Shown: positions 60,107-64,000 of the stretch, in pieces | How the letters are laid out: every line of letters starts with the position of its first letter | Numbering within the stretch: position 1 is the first letter of the stretch | Source of the DNA: Lentisphaeria bacterium | Lineage (GTDB): Bacteria; Verrucomicrobiota; Lentisphaeria; JABSQK01; JAWLHB01 | DNA: 64,000 bases | Assembly: GCA_041690595.1 (NCBI GenBank) | Contig: JAWLHB010000043.1 | Span: 1-64,000, forward strand | Reading direction: 5' to 3' | Notes under the pieces: generated by a model | Told to the model about the DNA's origin: nothing | What the model saw: only the letters and a program-made list of their open reading frames with translations | Database searches by the model: none | Made by a program: the position numbers and the translations under genes

Positions 60107-62635
60107 TCAGCGGAGCCGGGGGAGCTTGTCGACCAGTTCTGGCGTGATGTCGATAATCTGCCCATCGCGACTGACGGCCCGTTCGAGGCGCTCGAAGATG
60201 TGATTGCCGGCGTTGGCCTTGAGGCAATCGATGTCGCCGATGATGATGAGTTCGCGACGACAGCGCGTATGGGCGACGTTGATGCGCTGGGGGTCGTCAA
60301 CGAAGCCGATGCCGCGGCCGTCGTTGCTGCGAACATAGCAGATGACCACGGCGTCGCTTTCGCCGCCCTGGAAGCTGTCGACGGTGGAGATGCGGGTGTA
60401 GATGAAGGCATCGCGCTCGGTCTCGGTCATGTCGCTTCGCCCGGTGAGACTGCGGAGGGCGGGGAGGCTGAGGGCGTCGCGGATGAGGCGGACCTGACGC
60501 CGATAGGGCGCGATGATGGTGATCTCTTCCGGCGGGTAGCGGCGGAGGAGTTCGCCGAAGGCCAGGACGCAGAGGCGTGCTTCGAGGTGGTTTTCGAGGC
60601 CGGGCCTGTGGCCATGCGCGATGTATTGCTCCTGGCGAATATGGAGGGGGAGCTTGCTGGTGCGGTAGATGCGCAAAGTGGCGGGCGGGTACTTGCGCGT
60701 TCGATCCTGATAGGAAAGCTGATAGTAGTCGGCACTCTGACTGGTCTTGACACGGGCGTTGTAGAAGAGGGTGGAGGAGAAGCGCATGAGACGCGGATTC
60801 TGGCAGCGGTAGGTGGACTGCAGGAGGAAGACGGGGAAGCCGCGTTCCTCGCTCAGCCACTCGAGGGCGCTGTGCTGGAGGATTCGCCACTGGCGCCGGG
60901 GAACGGGGCCGCGCTGTTCGAGGATGTCGATCACCTCCTGAGGCAGCGGGAAGGGGGGGAGCTGCTGGTGGTCGCCGAAGAGAATGACGCGCCGGGCACG
61001 CATGGCACAGAGGATGAACTGGTCGAGACGGGCCATACCGGCTTCGTCGAAAATGATGCAGTCGAAGGGTCCATGCTGTTCGGCTTCGGCCGCGATGACC
61101 TCGTCGCGCAGAATGCCGACGTGGGTTCCGGCATAGATGGCGCCGGGAGACTTGCGGCGCTCTTTGGCCACACGCTGCACGGCATCGAGATCGCCTACCC
61201 AGCAGGTGGTGGCAATGGTCGGATCGACGCTTTCGCGATCGTTGCCGACCCGGAGGAGCGGGAGATCGCAGATACGGCGGCAGACATTGTCGATGGCGGT
61301 ATTACTGGGGGCGGTGATAAGAATACGCTGCCCGCGGCTGAAGAGCTCGCGGACTACCTGCTCGAGGACGTGGGTCTTGCCGGTGCCGGGGGGGCCCTGA
61401 ATGAGCATGACGGGGTTCTGCTCGTGGACCGCATTACACCATGCCCGAGCTTGAGAATGATCCAGACCGTCCATGACAGCCCCGGCACCGACATCCTCGA
61501 AAGGTGACTCGTGAACACCGAGAGCCGCCTCGATTCCCGGGGCGCTCAGGGTGCCCTTGTCGCGGAAGATCTGCACGACGTGGTTGACCAGGCCGGCCAG
61601 ATAGCCGTCAGGCCCCTGTCGCGGCCGGGCGAAGAGCTTGCCAGAGTTGATGTCGACAACGGAGAAGGAATCATTCCAGGAGAGGCGTCCATAGACGGCA
61701 TCACGCTCGAGGTGATCGACGTTGAGCATGGCAATGCTGCCACGCGCACCGCGCATGAAGACCCGGAGGCGGTCGCCGACCTGAATATTGGGGGGCACCC
61801 GCGCCGGGACGCGCAGGACATGGCCGGTGCTGGAGCTTTCGAGGATCTCGGCAGCCGAGAGGTCGAGAATGAAGGTTTCATCGAGGCTGGCGAGAGCCAG
61901 GCAGGCGTCCTGGATGAAGGCAAGATCCTGAAGAATGTGCCAGTTGGTGCGCTTCGCCAGACGGATGGTGATGGCCTGAGTCTCCTGCTGGGGCGAGAGT
62001 GCCGATGCGGGAGCAGGGGTGGCATAGTTGCCGTCAAGCGGCAGCATGAGCTGGTTGCTCCACTCATCGCGGGGCAGGTCCTCGAGAGCACGTGCGAGGA
62101 GCTTCTGTATGGTGGGCTGGCGGAGCCCCCGCATGACGGCGACGGCCTGGGTGCTGTACCGTGGAGCGATCACCTTGAGAACATTGAGGAAGGTGCGCCG
62201 GTTCAGCTTGTGCAGGTCGCGGCCGGGCTGATTGCGGCGAATGTAGGCGACGACGTCGTACATGACCTCGAGCCTCTCGCCGAAGGAGAGCTCGGTATCT
62301 TCCAGAAGTTCGAGGGGCTGCTCGGTAATGACGGGCATACCATCCTGGAAGTCGATCAGGATGTTCTGGTCGAAGCTTCTGCCTTCGACGCGGAGGCAGG
62401 CGCAGCCTTCTTCGTCGTGCCAGTCGAAATAGGCGAGGATACCGGCTTCATCGGGAAACGTTATGTCACAGCCGGGGAACTGAAAGGTGGTTGTATCGAG
62501 GAAAAAGGGGTTGGCCTGGGCACTCGCCTCCCAAAGCTCGAAGAAGTCACGGGTGAGAACAAGGTCGGGATTGCTTTCCCAGAGGCGCTCAGCCTCATCG
62601 AAGTAGTCGTTGATCTTCTCGAATTCGTTCATCAT
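60107..62635 (-). CDS. Superfamily 1 (UPF1/DNA2-like) helicase with long N-terminal extension
   Basis: QGPPGTGKT, TAPSNTAIDN, FDEAG, GDHQQLPP, YRC, VDSFQG and NVAHTR. Confidence 0.9.
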   Translation of the reverse strand: MMNEFEKINDYFDEAERLWESNPDLVLTRDFFELWEASAQANPFFLDTTTFQFPGCDITFPDEAGILAYFDWHDEEGCACLRVEGRSFDQNILIDFQDGMPVITEQPLELLEDTELSFGERLEVMYDVVAYIRRNQPGRDLHKLNRRTFLNVLKVIAPRYSTQAVAVMRGLRQPTIQKLLARALEDLPRDEWSNQLMLPLDGNYATPAPASALSPQQETQAITIRLAKRTNWHILQDLAFIQDACLALASLDETFILDLSAAEILESSSTGHVLRVPARVPPNIQVGDRLRVFMRGARGSIAMLNVDHLERDAVYGRLSWNDSFSVVDINSGKLFARPRQGPDGYLAGLVNHVVQIFRDKGTLSAPGIEAALGVHESPFEDVGAGAVMDGLDHSQARAWCNAVHEQNPVMLIQGPPGTGKTHVLEQVVRELFSRGQRILITAPSNTAIDNVCRRICDLPLLRVGNDRESVDPTIATTCWVGDLDAVQRVAKERRKSPGAIYAGTHVGILRDEVIAAEAEQHGPFDCIIFDEAGMARLDQFILCAMRARRVILFGDHQQLPPFPLPQEVIDILEQRGPVPRRQWRILQHSALEWLSEERGFPVFLLQSTYRCQNPRLMRFSSTLFYNARVKTSQSADYYQLSYQDRTRKYPPATLRIYRTSKLPLHIRQEQYIAHGHRPGLENHLEARLCVLAFGELLRRYPPEEITIIAPYRRQVRLIRDALSLPALRSLTGRSDMTETERDAFIYTRISTVDSFQGGESDAVVICYVRSNDGRGIGFVDDPQRINVAHTRCRRELIIIGDIDCLKANAGNHIFERLERAVSRDGQIIDITPELVDKLPRLR

Positions 62636-62934
62636 GGCAGGTATATCGTGGATCGACGGAGTGCGGATGAGATGGGCAGGGAGTGCCGACCGTGCGGCTG
62701 GTAACATGCAACGCGGCGACAGGTTGCGCAAGTGTGGCACGAGGCGGAAGAGAAGGAAGTCACATTGGTAGAGTTGGAAAAGTGGAACTATTGCACTTGC
62801 TTTGGGCTGCAGGCTGGAACTTATTGCCAACTGCTAGTAAATTGTGAAACTACGGCTTTACAGCCTTCACCCGGACTCCTTTCATATCACGCTAAGGCTC
62901 AGCCCCCCAGGCGGTACAGCAGTACCACTAATCT

Positions 62935-64000
62935 ATGGAAAAGCGTTCCTCACTCAACGACGCGAACATCGCCTTCATTGAAGACCTCTACAAACTGTAC
63001 GAAAAGGACCCGCGTGCCCTTAGCGAAGAGTGGCAGCACTTCTTCGAAGGGTTCGACTTTGCCTATAGCCGCAACGGCACGGGCGAGCTGAAGTCGCGGG
63101 AAATGTCGGACAAGGAAGTAGCGGTAGTGAAGCTGATCAACGCCTTTCGCGGCCGCGGTCATCTGGTCGCCGCCACCAATCCAGTACGTCCACGACGGCA
63201 CCACGATGCCGACCTGGACCTGGAGTATCACGGCCTTTCGGAGGCAGACCTCGACACCAGCTTCGAGGTGGGGGCGGAGGTGTGGATCGGCACCGCGACA
63301 CTGCGCGAGATCCTCGATCACCTCAAGCGCACCTACTGCGGCTCGGTGAGCGTGGAGTACCGCTACATCCGCGACTCGGAGATCCGGACCTGGCTGCACG
63401 AGCACATGGAATCGCCAAAGCTGCGCATCGAGTACGACAAGGAGCAGAAGCGGCAGATCCTCATGAATCTGACGCAAAGCGTCGGCTTCGAGAAGTTCCT
63501 CCACGTGAAGTATACCGGGCAGAAGCGTTTCTCGCTGGAAGGGTGCGAGGCCTTTGTTCCCGCGCTCAATATCCTCGTAGAGCAAGGGGCCGCCCTTGGG
63601 GTGCGTGAGTTCGTGATGTGCATGGCGCACCGCGGCCGCCTCAATGTGCTGGTCAACCTCTTCCGCAAGAGCTACGAGAACATGCTCTCCGAGTTTGGTG
63701 GGAGTGTGCTGCCGGATTTCATCCACGGCGATGGCGACGTGACGTATCACCGCGGTCACTCTTCGGACATTGTCACCGACAACGGCTTTCCGGTCCACCT
63801 GAGCCTGACCTTCAATCCCTCTCATCTGGAAGCGGTCTATCCCGTGACCGAAGGGACTGTGCGCGCCAAAGGCGAGCGGATGTATGGTGGCGATTTCAGT
63901 AAGATCGTGCCGATCGTGATCCACGGCGATGCGTCGGTCTCTGGACAAGGGGTAGTCTACGAAGTGGTGAACATGTCCAAGCTGGGGGGGTACTCCACCG
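62935..64000 (+). CDS. sucA: 2-oxoglutarate dehydrogenase E1 (partial, runs off window)
   Basis: Translated by hand: MEKRSSLNDANIAFIEDLYKLY...EEWQHFFEGF; LINAFRGRGH, KRFSLEG, MAHRGRLN, NPSHLEAV and IHGDA. Confidence 0.95.
   Translation, partial: MEKRSSLNDANIAFIEDLYKLYEKDPRALSEEWQHFFEGFDFAYSRNGTGELKSREMSDKEVAVVKLINAFRGRGHLVAATNPVRPRRHHDADLDLEYHGLSEADLDTSFEVGAEVWIGTATLREILDHLKRTYCGSVSVEYRYIRDSEIRTWLHEHMESPKLRIEYDKEQKRQILMNLTQSVGFEKFLHVKYTGQKRFSLEGCEAFVPALNILVEQGAALGVREFVMCMAHRGRLNVLVNLFRKSYENMLSEFGGSVLPDFIHGDGDVTYHRGHSSDIVTDNGFPVHLSLTFNPSHLEAVYPVTEGTVRAKGERMYGGDFSKIVPIVIHGDASVSGQGVVYEVVNMSKLGGYST

Noticed and set aside
62950..63948. 332-aa minus-strand ORF
   Set aside because: Antisense to sucA, which the ORF track missed because it runs off the window.

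Overview
GC-rich bacterial chromosomal segment with about 40 CDSs. It most likely comes from a PVC-superphylum organism (Lentisphaerota/Kiritimatiellota-like); this is inferred from the prepilin/H-X9-DG protein, sulfatases and FGE-domain surface proteins. I found no rRNA, tRNA, CRISPR array, integrase, transposase or reverse transcriptase. Most of the window is housekeeping (purL, purQ, ald/aldR, dGTPase, sucA, MscS, CDF transporter, YqgE) or carbohydrate catabolism (GH29, GH36-like, sulfatases, Gfo/Idh/MocA oxidoreductases, epimerases). The standout is a minus-strand cluster at 366-10118. Two secreted FGE/C-type-lectin-fold proteins share a near-identical ~97-aa Ig/FN3-like N-terminal domain that appears to lack its last beta-strand. 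They are followed by a ~2,280-aa stalk-like protein with 23 tandem 71-aa repeats, whose mature N-terminus carries exactly two copies of an S-x-x-S-x-x-F-x-L-x-x-[KR] strand. I infer a modular stalk-plus-swappable-tip adhesin assembled by donor-strand complementation. One tip may be a remote DGR target and the other has a low-GC swapped lectin domain. REP-like palindrome clusters and two gene remnants are also present. All product calls come from motif recognition, not database searches.
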